Shown: positions 37,272 to 50,039, counted from the stretch's first letter. The stretch: DNA of 64,000 nucleotides from Eledone cirrhosa (GCA_964016885.1 OZ024763.1:1054001-1118000); one strand, 5' to 3'. Notes: generated from the sequence alone by a model not told the origin. A program made the numbers and translations.

Positions 37272-37910
37272 ATTCAAAATTTAATAAGACTAAGGAATTA
37301 TTATTATTATTATCTGAGTTCCAGTTCCGCCGAGGTTAACTTAGCCTTTCATCCTTACGAGGTCGATAAAATAAAGTATCAGTTATGCACTGGGGTAATT
37401 GCTGGCCTTGTGCCTAAAGTAGAAACAATTATTATTATTATTTATTTATACAAGGGCGGTGGATTGCCAGTATCGGTAGAGGGTCGGACGCCATGCTTTC
37501 CAGCATAGTTACGTCCCTTTACGATCTGAGTTCAAATCCCGCCGAGGTTGACTTTGCCTTTCATCCTTACGGGCTATATAAAATTAAGTACCAGTAATGC
37601 ACTGGGTAATTGCTGGCCTTGTGCCTAAAGTAGAAACAATTATTTATTTATACATTGCTACAGCTGTTTCAATGCAGCCAGAGTATCCCATCTATTTGTG
37701 AAGGACCCCCATAGCCACCCCAGATATTATCAGTAAATTTACTCCATTATGGGAGTCTCTACCCTAAACTGTATCTCTTCAGGAAATATAATTTAAAAAA
37801 TAATAAATTATCTATATTTGGACAGTTGTTACATTTTAGTTTTGACAGCTTGTCGCGTTTGTGTGACAGACGGACAGTTGCTGAAATATATATTATAATG
37901 TATTTGACAG

Positions 37911-38025
37911 AAACGTGGAAGCTATGGAGCTGGTTGAGAAATGGAAACTCCAGCTTTCCGACAACTTGGCTGCTGTACCTGGAAGAGTCCTTGATCCTGA
38001 GAAGATGTACAGTAGCAGTAAAACT
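37911..38025 (+). CDS. piwil1: Piwi exon 10 (KWKLQLSDNL...GRVLDPEK)
   Basis: tgacag/gtacgt. Confidence 0.9.
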
Positions 38026-38519
38026 GTACGTTTGGCTCTTTAACTCCAATTTGAAGCTTGTCAATATTTTTATACATCATCATCATCATCATCTTCGTTT
38101 AACATCCATCTTCCATGCTAGCATGGGTTAAGACGGGTCATATACATATTTGTTAACTCTTTAGCATTTACATTACTCTATATATACTATTGTATTTTCA
38201 CAGAAAACACTTTACCTCACATAACATTTACATTACTCTATATATACTATTGTATTTTCACAGTAAAGGCTTTATCTCACATAACATTTACATTACTCTA
38301 TATTTACTATTGTATATTCACAGTAAAGGCTTTATCTCACATAACATTTACATTACTCTATATATACTATTGTATATTCATGGTAAAGTTTATTTTAAGA
38401 ACGATATCTCAATGTCTGTGTGATCTGCTGGTTACAGCCAGTTTCAAAAAGGGGAAAGAATTCTGGCCGGATACAACTGGTTTAACACTTTAGTATTTAA
38501 ACTGGCCGTATCTGACCAG

Positions 38520-38752
38520 ACCTCATTCGCTTAATGAGTGGGGTGGAGCTTGTCAAATCGGACCAAGGAAATAATGTTTCCATTGGTCTTTCCAATTGCT
38601 AATACTATCTACCAGTCACAACTCCAGGTAGAAGGAGCAACGTGAAATAAAGTGTCTTGCCCAAGGATATAACGCATCGCTTGGTCCGGGAATGAAACTC
38701 ACAACCTCACAATTGCAAATCCAATTCTCTAACCACTCAGCCACACACCTTC
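38520..38752 (-). mobile_element. tRNA-derived SINE (family of 61928-62170(+) and ~59990-60150(+))
   Basis: Shared head gtgtggctgagtggttagagaattggat and body ttgctccttct.cctggagttg.gac. Confidence 0.75.
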
Positions 38753-39435
38753 ACTAGATAGACAATAGTTGGGGGAGAAAATCTGGTAAATGAGTGGCCA
38801 GAAACCACTGTTTATGTACACACACACACACACACATATCATCATCATCATCATCGTTTAACGTCCATGTTCCACGCTTGCATGGGTTTGGACGGGAGTT
38901 TTCCCACTTGAGGCAAGAGTGGTTGTCTTGCTCGCATAGGACTGTCTGGCAGGTTTTCTACAGCTGGATGCCCTTCCTAACACCAACCACATTTACAGTG
39001 TGGAACTGGGAGGTTTTTACCGTGTTGACTACACGGCCACATTACAGCGTGGACTGTCTGGCGGGTTTTCTACGGCTGGATGCCCTTCCTAACACCAACC
39101 ACGTTTACAGTGTGGGACTGGGAGGTTTTTACCGTGTTGCCTACACGGCCACATTACAGCGTGGACTGTCTGGCGGGTTTTCTACGGCTGGATGCCCTTC
39201 CTAACACCAACCACGTTTACAGTGTGGGACTGGGAGGTTTTTACCGTGTTGCCTACACGGCCACATTACAGCGTGGACTGTGTGTTTTTTTGTCGTGACA
39301 CCTACACGACCTCATTTGTTTCGGACTGGATGTTGTGGTACCAACATAACTTTACATTGAAGGGGTGGGGTGGGGGTAGTGGGACGGGGGTGTATTTTGT
39401 TAGAGATGCCTACTGACTGTAGTAGGTTTCACTTT

Positions 39436-39682
39436 GTACTTAGGTAAGGCGGGTCTTCTCTATTACTGTGTAGCGCCAAAGCTCTCGGTCCAATGACATT
39501 GTCTTAGAGAGGTGTAAGTGTGTGAGGTCGGAATTTATCAAGTCCTCCCAGGTTTTTCTGGGTCTGCCTACTCCGTGGCTACCGTCTATTTTTATAGCCC
39601 TGCACTTTTTTATACAGCTGTCGTCTTTCATGCGCATCACGTGACCATACCAACGTAGTCTTCTCTCGAGTAAACAACATCT
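39436..39682 (-). mobile_element. RTE-clade LINE ORF2 3' fragment
   Basis: RRLRWYGHVMRM...GRPRKTW...DRELWR. Confidence 0.88.
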
Positions 39683-39714
39683 GAACATATATTATAAATA
39701 ATTTTGTTTTACAG

Positions 39715-39902
39715 CTTTCCTACCAGTCCCGTGACCCAGATTGGTCCAGAGATCTGCGTGATATGGCCCAAGTATCTACAATGTCTGTTGACAGGTGGTT
39801 GCTGATCTACCCAATGAGCTATGGACGTATGGCTCAAGATCTAGAATCTTGTCTTCAGCGTGTTGCCAAACCTCTTGGAATCAGATATGGCAAACCATAC
39901 TG
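39715..39902 (+). CDS. piwil1: Piwi exon 11 (DWSRDLR...)
   Basis: ttacag/gtaatt. Confidence 0.9.
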
Positions 39903-40074
39903 GTAATTAATTAATTAATTAATTAATTACAATGAGAATTTAAAAAAAAATTTTTTTCTTTTTCTTTTTGATAAACTTCCTTGTTTTGTGTGAGAGTCTT
40001 TGCCGACATTATTATCTCTTAAGCTGCTGAGATTTATCACTGAGCAGTCACCGTATTGATGCTGTTCCCAAGAA

Positions 40075-40288
40075 AGTGTTGCTTTGAAAACTTGCTTCTC
40101 TGTAGCTTTGAAATGTTGCCTCTCTGTAGCTTTGAAATGTTGCCCCTCTGTAGCTTTGAAATGTTGCCCCTCTGTAGCTTTGAAATGTTGCCTCTCTGTA
40201 GCTTTGAAATGTTGCCTCTCAGTAGCTTTGAAATGTTGCCCCTCTGTAGCTTTGAAATGTTGCTACATAGTAGCTTTGAAATGTTGGG
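40075..40288. repeat. 24-bp minisatellite (~9 copies)
   Basis: ctctgtagctttgaaatgttgcc(t/c). Confidence 0.9.
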
Positions 40289-40830
40289 GTGGTTAAGAGA
40301 ATTCACTGAGAATGTTGTCATTTAAGAAATGTTAAATTAGATATATTCATTTACTATATACGCCAGGGTTTCCTAATTTGGGCGATATCACCCACTGGTG
40401 GGTAATTTCAACAGTTGGGTGGTCGATGAACAACTGATCAGAAAATGGTGGGTGATTGAAAATTTTGGAGGAAAATATAGGATTTTTTAGTATTAAGAAG
40501 GTATTTCAACATAAGTACTGAAAAAAAAGTATTTAAAGGATATATAAAAAGAACCTGTATAAAAAAAAGGTGGAAGCTAAATGGGAATAACAAACTTTTA
40601 CCAAACATTTTTGGTAAACTTTTAAATAGTTAGTATACAGGTGGGTGGTGGGTAATTTTTCAATGTGAAAGTGATGACAGAAAAAGGGTTGGGAACCCTT
40701 TGGTATATTTGAATATCATGTTAGTTAATTAATAGTAGTCTTCTAGGATTTTACTGTTTTTTATTTTTTATTTTTCTTTAAACTAATTATTTCTTTGTTT
40801 CTTTCTTTCATTTTCCTCTCATATTGTTAG

Positions 40831-41000
40831 GTGTGAGATTCAAGGCATTGATGCATCAGGACAGGGGTATATATCGGCCATCAAGGAGAATGTCACTGAA
40901 TCCACCCAGCTGGTGGTTGCTTTGGTACATGATAACTCCAAGGGAAGGTATGATGCAATTAAGAAGTTTTGTTCCATTGACCAACCAGCAGGGAAACCAG
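40831..41000 (+). CDS. piwil1: Piwi exon 12 (MID: RYDAIKKFC)
   Basis: tgttag/gtaggt. Confidence 0.92.
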
Positions 41001-41540
41001 GTAGGTTTAGATTTTTATAAAATGATTCATTCTTTAGCATTTACATGACTCTTTTCCGGTGTTAGGAAGGGCATCCAGCTGTAGAAAATCTGCCAGATAG
41101 TCCTAGACGAGCGAGATACGGTCACCTGACCAATCTTGTCTCAAGTGGGACAATTCCCATCTAACCCATACTAGCGTGGAAGATGCATGTTAAATGATGA
41201 TGATGATTTTCTAGATTATTTTCAAAATTATATATCTAAAAACTAACATGTCCTGTCAGAAGTAGCTGTCTCCAGCTGATCTGGCTCAATCCCCAACCGA
41301 GACCAGTCGAGCTCATGGGTGTTATCCAGTTATCTTGCTCAGGGTTTACTCCTAGGTCTCTTGCCGGTTGGTTTTCCCCCCCATAAAATCTGTCCAGTGA
41401 TTCTTTCCTGAGACATTCTAACCACAAATTCCGATAAATTTAGTTACTAAATCCCTCCATTTTCGAGATAATTTGAAATGTGGTAACAAATGGGTTAAAA
41501 TATTTTATTTTATTTTATTTTATTTTTTATTTTTTTCCAG

Positions 41541-41665
41541 TTCCCTCCCAGGTGATAGTACAGAGGACCCTAACCCGGAAGAATGTATTCATGTCAATTG
41601 CTACCAAGATAGCTATCCAGATTAACTGTAAACTTGGTGGAGTTCCATGGTGTGTCACAGTGCCA
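41541..41665 (+). CDS. piwil1: Piwi exon 13 (VPSQ...TKIAIQINCKLGG)
   Basis: ttccag/gtaagt. Confidence 0.96.
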
Positions 41666-42277
41666 GTAAGTACGCTCTCTCGTCATTCCATCATGTGTGT
41701 ATGTTAACCCTTTATATACCAACCAACCTGTCTAAAACTCTCCCTGGTTCTGTGATGCTATTTTAAACCCTTGTCATACCAACCCATATAAAATTGCCTC
41801 CAGTTCTGTAATGTTTAACCCTTTTCATATCAACCTGTCTAAAACCACCCCTAGTTTTGTCAAGTTAAGCAATATATTTTAACCCGTTTGTTACCAGCCC
41901 AGCCAAAATTGGCTCTGGTTCTATGAAATAAAGGGTCAAGGAAACAAAGCTCGCCTCTTTCTAAACATGCTTCCTTTGTTTATTGTATTTTTGTGGTAAA
42001 GGGTTTACCTCACATAACATCGACTCTATAAGATTTTAAGAACAATACCTCAACGTTCGTATGAGTGGCCAATTACAGCTGGTTTTAACAGAAAGAGGTG
42101 AGAGAATTCTAGCCGGTTTAAATGCTAAAGGGTTACAGTAAAATTCTACCGTTCTCTTTTCTCAGTCCTTTGTCCTATTTTCTCTAATTCCTAATACCTT
42201 GGCACTTCAAATCTCACACGCATTGTCAGGCTTACAAATATTTAAACATATTTCCTAGTTATAATCCCTTTGTTTAT

Positions 42278-43125
42278 AATAATAATAATAATAATAATGA
42301 AATTATTGTGTACAGTGCTCAGGTGCACTACAACTCATCAAAGGTGCATGTATAGTACATAGAATAATGTACAAATGTCAGGAAAATAAACAGTGTATGA
42401 GTCATGATATAATAACAATAACAATAATGAAATATTGTGCACAGTGCCCAGGTGCACCACAACCCATCAAAAAAGTGCATGTACAGTACATAGGGCAATG
42501 CACAATCATCAGTAAAATGAACAGTGCACGAGTCATGATTCACACATGTGTGCATGTGTATGGAAGGGGCACATCAGGTGTAGTTTTGGCGTATTTTGGG
42601 AAGCATGAGTGTCTTAAAGGATGCAGTGTCTCGGCAGCTAACAATTGACGCAGGCAGTTTGTTCCATGCTTCAGCAACTCTGAGCGTGAAAAAATGTCTG
42701 CGAAAGTCATGGGAGCTGTGCTGTTTTCTTATCTTGTAGGCATGTCCACGTGTGTTAGACACATGGAGATCAAAGAGGCGCTCAAGGTTGCAGTTGGCGA
42801 GATGGTTAAAAACTTTGTGGGTATTCACCAAGTCCATTGCCAGACGTCGGAGCCTCAATGAATCCATGCCCAGGGAAGCAAGGCGTTCAGAGTATGGTAG
42901 GTGTCTGATGGAGGGTATGCGCTTGGTTGCACGTCTCTGAACAGTTTCCAGGAGGTCAATGTTCCGAGCAAGATAGGGGTTCCAGACTGATGATGCGAAT
43001 TCCAAGTGTGGTCGCACCATAGCTGTATACAGTTTTAAATAGATGGCTGGAGAGCGGCTAATAAAGGTCTTGCTGAGTGATGCCAAGACACCCTCGGCCT
43101 TCTTGACAATCTTAGAGACATGCTT
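42278..43125 (-). mobile_element. CR1/L2-group LINE 3' fragment (ORF2 C-terminus, 3' UTR, (ATT)n tail) plus a second short 3' end
   Basis: VRPHLEFASSVWNPY...LETVQRRATK...YSERL...TRGHAYK...FFTLRVAEAWNKLP; related 3' ends at ~34580-34710 and ~18325-18375. Confidence 0.92.
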
Positions 43126-43174
43126 TGTCCTTATGTTAACTTATTGCTATGTTTGTGTTGTTGTTTCTGTTTAG

Positions 43175-43349
43175 ATAAAGCGTTTCATGATAGTCGGCAT
43201 TGATCACTACCATGACTCTGCGAAGAAGGGTCACTCAGTCGGTGGTATTGTGGCCAGTATGAATAACGAGATGACCAAGTGGTATTCTCGTACCACATTC
43301 CAGACCGCTCATGAAGAACTCTCCTCCAAGTTGCATATCGTCACACAGA
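43175..43349 (+). CDS. piwil1: Piwi exon 14 (PIWI: MIVGIDHYHD...HEEL; catalytic D and E)
   Basis: gtttag/gtgagt. Confidence 0.96.
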
Positions 43350-43948
43350 GTGAGTATTTACGATTCTTATCCCTTTTTTTGCTATTGGTGCCACGATAGA
43401 GTGCACCCAGTACACCCTGTAAAGTAGTACTGCTGGTGTTAGTATAAAATACACTCGGTACACTCTGTAAAGTGCTAAGTGCTGCTGTTAGGATAAAATA
43501 CACCCAGTACACTCTGTAAAGTGCTAAGTGCTGGTTTTAGGAAAAAGTACACCCAGAACATTCTGCAAAGTATTAGCGCTGGTGTTAGGGAAAAGTACAC
43601 CCAGTAAAGAAGTATTGTTGGTGTTAAGATAAAATATACCCAGTAAGTGCTGGTGTTAAGATAAAATGCACCCACTACACTCTGTAAAGTGGTAGTGTTG
43701 GTGTTATGATAAAGTGCACCTCGTAGCTGCAAACTCTTTTTGTCATAGCACCACTAACTACCACCTTACAGGGCAGACTTTGTGCTTTTCATTCTGACAC
43801 CAACCCTGGCACCTTACAGGGTGGTAGTACAGTATTTTATTTGAAATATGTTAAACCTCTAAGTAGTATTTTAGTTTGGCCTGAAGTGTGCAGTTTAATT
43901 AATTTGTTATCCCCCACTCATTTTTTTTTTGTCCTCTTCCATTTTCAG

Positions 43949-44099
43949 TGCTTCTAAAAAGATATTTTGAGATCAACAACTGCTTCCCAGAGCGTATCTT
44001 TATCTTCCGAGATGGTGTTGGTGACGGACAACTGAATATTTTGCTAAATTATGAGGTTAAACAATATACAGAAGCCTTCAAGAATTTTGCAGATGCTAA
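43949..44099 (+). CDS. piwil1: Piwi exon 15 (FRDGVGDGQL; catalytic D)
   Basis: tttcag/gtaagt. Confidence 0.95.
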
Positions 44100-44749
44100 G
44101 TAAGTTTTTTTTATTTTAACCCCTTCTGTTACTTTTTAAAAATATTTTTTTTTTGTACAAGGCTGGTGCCCCAGCATGGTCTCAGCCAGATGGCTGAAAC
44201 GGGTAAAAGAGTAAACCAACCCTTCCTTCTTTCTTTCTTAACCCTTTACCATTTACATTACTCTATATATACTATTGTATTTTCACAGTAAAGGCTTTAC
44301 CTCACATAACATTTACATTACTCTATATATTCTGTTGTATTTTCACAGTAAAGGCTTTACCTCACATAACATTTACATTACTCTATATATTCTGTTGTAT
44401 TTTCACAGTAAAGGCTTTACCTCACATAATATCTTGCATAACATTTACATTACATGATCACCTGTATCTACAGTGTAATTATCAGGGAGATTCATGCCTG
44501 ACACCGTGTGTGTTGTGACAATGTTGACCCTTTTGAATTCCAGGTACAGTCCATCTGGTGGGCTTCCAAACAATTTCCATCCAGCCATTAGTGCTGTCAG
44601 ACAACTTATCTACCACTGCTGGTACAATAAAACACCCCAGTCCAGTCCAGTCCAGTCTGTAAAGTAGTTGGTGATAGGAAGGGTGTCCAACCAGGAAAAT
44701 CCTCTTCCCCAAAATTATAGAAATCTTTTCTTGTTAATTTTAATTATTA

Positions 44750-45256
44750 CTAGACGACCCGTAATCCGATGGGCCACAGTCACTTCAAATTATTTTTTAA
44801 AACTAATTTTTAAATAATTAAAATATACACAGCACAGACATATACACATAATGGGGAATGAAACTGGAAAGCCCATATATATACGTGTGTGTATGTATAT
44901 ATATATGTAAATGTGTGTGTGTGCGTGTGTAAATATATGTGCGTGTCTGATCTATAGACACTGGTCATAGGTATACACAACTCCACCAGCTCTCTCTCTT
45001 TCTTCCATTCTCCTTCTCTGTCTCCTCACCCTCTCTCTCTTTCAATCTACTCTCTCACAACCACTATCTCTTTGTTTATGAAGGTACCCATATCTCGGGA
45101 ACCCGTGCTCCGATTAATGCGAAACTTGTTTTATTCCATTTGTATTCCCATTTCATGGTCAACTTCCTTTCAAAGTATTTTCCCATTATGCGCCCTTTTG
45201 GCTGTATTACATCACCGACAAGCAAGCAAGCAATCAGAGTTTTAGTAGTACATAGA
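44750..45256 (-). mobile_element. Non-autonomous Helitron in a Piwi intron
   Basis: Minus strand: A|TCTATGTACTACTAAAA...(TTGC)n...cccatcggattacgggtcgtCTAG|T. Confidence 0.75.
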
Positions 45257-45288
45257 TTCTAATGTTTATCTTCAATGGTTTGTTCCAG

Positions 45289-45414
45289 TTTCAGATTAAC
45301 AGTTGTGGTTGTGAAGAAAAGAATTAATACTCGTCTGTTTTCTAAATATGGTAACCAATGGAATAACCCTCTGCCAGGAACTGTGGTAGATTCTGCTATT
45401 GTCCGCAATGAATG
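45289..45414 (+). CDS. piwil1: Piwi exon 16 (LTVVVVKKRINTRLF...NPLPGTVVD); alternative in-frame acceptor would start at 45295
   Basis: ttccag (or tttcag 6 nt downstream) / gtaacg. Confidence 0.93.
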
Positions 45415-45989
45415 GTAACGTATTCTTCTACCTGTCTACACTTTTTATACTCCCATGCTTCTATGGTAGATAACTTCTTATACTCTTGGGTCCCAAATAA
45501 TGGGGGTAATTATATAATCTACAGTATGGAGGCACATGGCTTAGTGGTTAGAGCATTGGCCTTGCAATCGAAAGGTTGGGAGTTCAATTCTCAGACTGGG
45601 TGATGTGTTGTTTCCTTGAGCAAGACCCTTTATTTCACATTGCTCCAGTTTCCTCAGCTGTAGAAATGAGATGATAGGGACTGGGGTCCATATCATTGTT
45701 ATTTATTTTGAGAACAATACCTTAGCATCAGTATGAGTGGCCAGTTACGGCCAGTTTGAAAAGAAAGGTGAGAGAAATTTGGTTGGATATGGCCGGTTTA
45801 AATGCTAAAAGGTTAAGTCAGTACAAGATAATTCCCATACAGCCAGATCTGCCCTTCATTACCTCTTCTCCATTTTCTCATTATTTTAATTTTGCTTTTA
45901 TCTTTCTCATGTTTTATCTATAAAAAATATATACATTTATTTCCTAAGAATAAATATAATATTTTGTATTTTACTTTTCTTTCTGCTAG

Positions 45990-46137
45990 GTATGATTTCT
46001 TCATTGTGTCCCAGAGTGTCCGCCAAGGAACAGTTTCACCAACTCATTACAATGTCATCTACGACACATCAGGATTGAAACCAGACCATATCCAGAAACT
46101 GACTTACAAAATGTGCCATTTATATTACAATTGGCCG
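45990..46137 (+). CDS. piwil1: Piwi exon 17 ([20 protein letters not shown]...CHLYYNWP)
   Basis: tgctag/gtatgt. Confidence 0.97.
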
Positions 46138-46154
46138 GTATGTATTTATTTATT

Positions 46155-46208
<54 letters not shown>

Positions 46209-46652
46209 GTGTGTGTTAGTATATCCAAACATCTGAAAATCATGCAAAACCATTTTGTTGGTTTGAAAGCTAAGCTGAGGAGGGTGAAGATGTGTGTGTA
46301 AACATGTCTTGTACATTGACTTTCTTTGTTTCCTTCTTCCAGTCACTTCTGTACACCAACACACTTCTCCTTGTACTCCTCTTTCAATCTTTTTCTATAT
46401 TTCATCTACCTGTCACCCACCTAGAGGATTGTCTCTTTGTTGACCACTGGCCACTGAGGCATTTTTGCCCATTGCTGTCTTAGACAAGATTTAGCTGTTT
46501 TAACGGTTGTTCTGACGAGTTTTCTCATTTTCATATGTATTAATGAAAGTTGAAAACACTAAACAGTGCAGGCTTTTTTTTATATAGTTATTTTAAGCAC
46601 ATGCATGCATATACACACTCACACATAAATTTATATTTCTTTCTCTTTTCAG

Positions 46653-46769
46653 GGAACTATAAGAGTACCAGCCCCTTGCCAGTATGCCCACAAGCTTGCA
46701 TTCTTAGTTGGGCAGAGCATTCACAAAGAACCAGCTATGGTCCTCCGTGATAAACTATTTTACTTGTGA
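46653..46769 (+). CDS. piwil1: Piwi exon 18 ([24 protein letters not shown]...LFYL*)
   Basis: tttcag acceptor; TGA at 46767-46769; possible ATTAAA polyA signal at 47031. Confidence 0.96.
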   Translation, partial: GTIRVPAPCQYAHKLAFLVGQSIHKEPAMVLRDKLFYL

Positions 46770-47825
46770 ATCAACATACAGTCCATATCATTCAACATAC
46801 AAACAGTTCCCAATTGAGTTTGCGTAAATCAATGACAGTGAGCACTCATTGGGAATTGATGAAATGAGTAACAGTTAAAGAACCAGTAGCTCAAATAATA
46901 ACCAGATGAGTCTGATTGGTTGAGGTTAAAACTTAACCATACCTTCATCCTTAGATGAATACTTTTGGGTAGAAAGAATATTTTCATACTTGTTCTGTTT
47001 ATTTTATTCATTTTTTTTTTTTTGAACTTCATTAAAGCAAAAAATTTTATATATATAAAAAAAGTTTTGTTGTTATTTCAAATATATATAAAAGTGTTGT
47101 TGTTATTTTCAAAATATATTATTATTATTATTATTATTATTGTTGTTATGTCTTTGAGAGAGAAGTGGATTGTTAGTCGGATTTTGCAGCATAGTTAATT
47201 CCCTTTATGTTCTGAGTTCAAATTCTTCTGAGGGTAGCTTTGCCTTTCATCTTTATTGGATCGATAAAATAAAATATCAGTAACAAACTGGGGTTGATTT
47301 AATCGTCTTTCTCCTCGTCTAAAATTGTTGGCCTTGTGCCTAAATCAGAAACCATTATTATTATATCTTTTAGAGAGAGATTAGCAGTAATCTGGAGAGG
47401 GTTGGATAACATGCTTTGCTATATATAGTTACATCCCTTTATGTTCTGAGTTGCAGTAGAGAAAGACCTGGGTGGAAGTGGTCAGAGGAAGCTGATGTCA
47501 GTGTTGAACAAAGTGTCAAGATATCCCAGTGGAAGGAAGCTGCAGTAGAGGAAGACCTGGGCAAGAGAAGCTAATCTCGAAGAGCTGGATCAGAAACAAA
47601 GACACGTTCAGCTCATACAAGCATGGTGAAGATGTTTGAAGGGGTCCCAGTGGAAGGAGGTTACAGTTGAGGAAGACCTGGGGAGAAATGCTGAACCTTA
47701 CAGAGATGATAAAGAAAGGGCAGTCAGTATAAGGGCGACTAAGTTGGAAAAGAACTGTCCAACTCATGGAAGAAGTGAACATAGATAATGATGATGGTGA
47801 TGTCTACTAGTTCAGTATGATATAT

Positions 47826-48880
47826 AGAGAGGTGTGTGGTGGAGTGGTAAGGGTGTCGGACTTCGAATCATAATATCATGGGTTCAATTCCTGGGCTGTG
47901 TTGTGTTCTTGAGCAAAACTCTTCATTTCACGTTGCTCCAGTATACTCAGCTGTAAATGAGAACCAGCAATAGCTGGGGGTTTAACCCTGCGATGGACTG
48001 GCGTCCTGTCCAGGGGGAAGTCTTGTACTCTCAGTCGCTTCACGCCATGAAACCAGGATAAGAACAAGCCTTCTGACTTAACCCTTTAGCATTTAAACCA
48101 GTCATATCTGGCCAGAATTCTCTCATCTCTTTCTGTTCAAACCAGCTGCTCATACTTATGTTAAGGTATTGTTCTCAAAATAAATAATATCAAAATCTCA
48201 TAGATTCGATATTATGAGAGATAAAGCCTTTACTGTGAAAATACAATAGTATATATAGAGTAATGTAAATGGTAAAGGATTAAGACAGACTTTAACCCTA
48301 TGATGAACTGGTGTCCTGTCCGGGGGGAAGTCTTGTACTCTCAGTAGCTTTATGCCATAAAACTGGGATAAGCACCAGCCTAACAAGCCTTCTGGTTTAA
48401 GACAGACCTTAACCCTGCGATGGACTGGCGTCCTGTCCAGGGAGGGGAAGTCTTGTACTCTCAGTAGCTTCACAACACGAAACTGGGATAAGCACCAGCC
48501 TAACAAGCTTTCTGGCTTAAGACAGACCTTAACCCTGCGATGGACTGGCGTCCTGTCCAGGGGGAAGTCTTGTACTCTCAGTAGCTTCATGCCATAAAAC
48601 TGGGATAAGCACCAGCCTAACAAGCCTTCTGGTTTAAGACAGACCTTAACCCTGCGATGGACTGGCGTCCTGTCCAGGGAAGGGGGGAGTCTTGTACTCT
48701 CAGTAGCTTCACGACACGAAACTGGGATAAACACCAGCCTAACAAGCCTTCTGGCTTAAGACAGACTTTAACCCTGCGATGGACTGGCGTCCTGTCCAGG
48801 GGGAAGTCTTGTACTCTCAGTAGCTTCACAACATAAAACTGGGATAAACACAGGCCTATCAAGCTTTCTGGCGTAAGACA
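47826..48880 (+). repeat. tRNA-derived SINE (47826-48075) followed by a ~118-bp tandem array (5 units, 48280-48880) of its 3' part
   Basis: accctgcgatggactggcgtcctgtccaggggg occurs in the SINE and in each array unit. Confidence 0.85.
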
Positions 48881-49369
48881 AACTAAGTAGAGTATAAAAT
48901 ACTATACTAGTACAGTAGAGGAAGCTGAAAGGAGACCAGAAAAGAAATGCTGAACTTCACAAATGGGATGATGAAAGGAATTTAATGAGAAGTAGTAGAC
49001 TGTGTTGGAGAAGACCTGGCCAACCCACCCATACAATCATGGAAATGTGTCCATATGGTGATGATGTTGATGATGATCATAATTGCCTTTTCTCTACCCT
49101 CCCTTATAACCATCTCCACCACTCACCCTTCTCTTCATTTTCTCCCACCCCCTTTTCCCTCTCCTCTCTCCTTTCTACCTCGCCCATTCCTCCCTTATAA
49201 TCATCTCCTCTCGTTTTCTTCCACCCTCAACCTCCCTATCTCCCCCGTCACCCCACCCCCATCTCCATCCGTTTCCTATTTCCTGTGATTTTCTCCTTTT
49301 TTTTTTCTTTTTTTTTTTTTTTCTTTGCTGCATATAAGTATCGCTGTCACTGCACACCCAACAGCACTA

Positions 49370-49960
49370 CTTGTACCAACACCATTACCACCACTACCAT
49401 CTCCACTACCACCATCACCACCACCACCACCACTACCTGCACCATCAACCAATGACCTCCACCCATCCCTATCACCAACACCACCACCACCACCATCTCC
49501 ACTATCACTGTCACCATCACCACCACTACCACCACCACTACCATCTCCCCTGTCACTGTCACCATCACCACCACCACCACTACCACCACCACCACCACCA
49601 CCTCCACCACCACTACCACCATCACCACTACCACCACCACCACCACCACCACTACCACCATCACCACCACCACCACCACTACCACCATCTCCACTATCAC
49701 TGTCACCACCAACTCCACCACCACTACCACCATCACCACCTCCACCACCACTACCATCTCCACTGTCACCATCACCATCGTCACCACCAACTCCATCACC
49801 ATCACCACCACCACCACCACTACCATCTCCACTATCACTGTCACCACCAACTCCACCACCACTATACCATTACCATCTCTACTACCACCAACTCCACCAC
49901 CACCACCACCACTACCTTCACCATCAACCAATGACCTCCACCCATCCCTATCACCACCCT
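49370..49960. repeat. (CCA/CTA/TCA)n low-complexity tract; similar tracts at 50350-51260 and 53760-54058
   Basis: Degenerate trinucleotide repeats. Confidence 0.9.
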
Positions 49961-49988
49961 CTCATACCACCATATTACTTGGACAGCC

Positions 49989-50039
49989 GGCTTCCTGATG
50001 ATTTCTCCGGAATGAAACAGTTCTAGTCCTGTAGAAGCC
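49989..50039 (+). ncRNA. Type-I hammerhead ribozyme (family A)
   Basis: ggcttc-CTGATGA-t[ttc tccg gaa]t-GAAA-cag ttctagtc ctG-TA^gaagcc; stem I covaries with the 24788 copy. Confidence 0.82.

Larger units (their letters stand above)
26844..46769 (+). other. piwil1: Piwi-like protein 1 gene span, 18 coding exons, 2,760-nt CDS, 919 aa (N, PAZ, MID, PIWI domains)
   Basis: All 17 introns GT-AG with consistent phases. Motifs: RG-rich N-terminus, PAZ YNNRTYRVDDID, MID RYDAIKK/PSQ/NCKLGG, tetrad GID/HEE/RDG/YAH, C-terminus [18 protein letters not shown]...LFYL*. A 5' non-coding exon is implied but not located. Confidence 0.93.
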
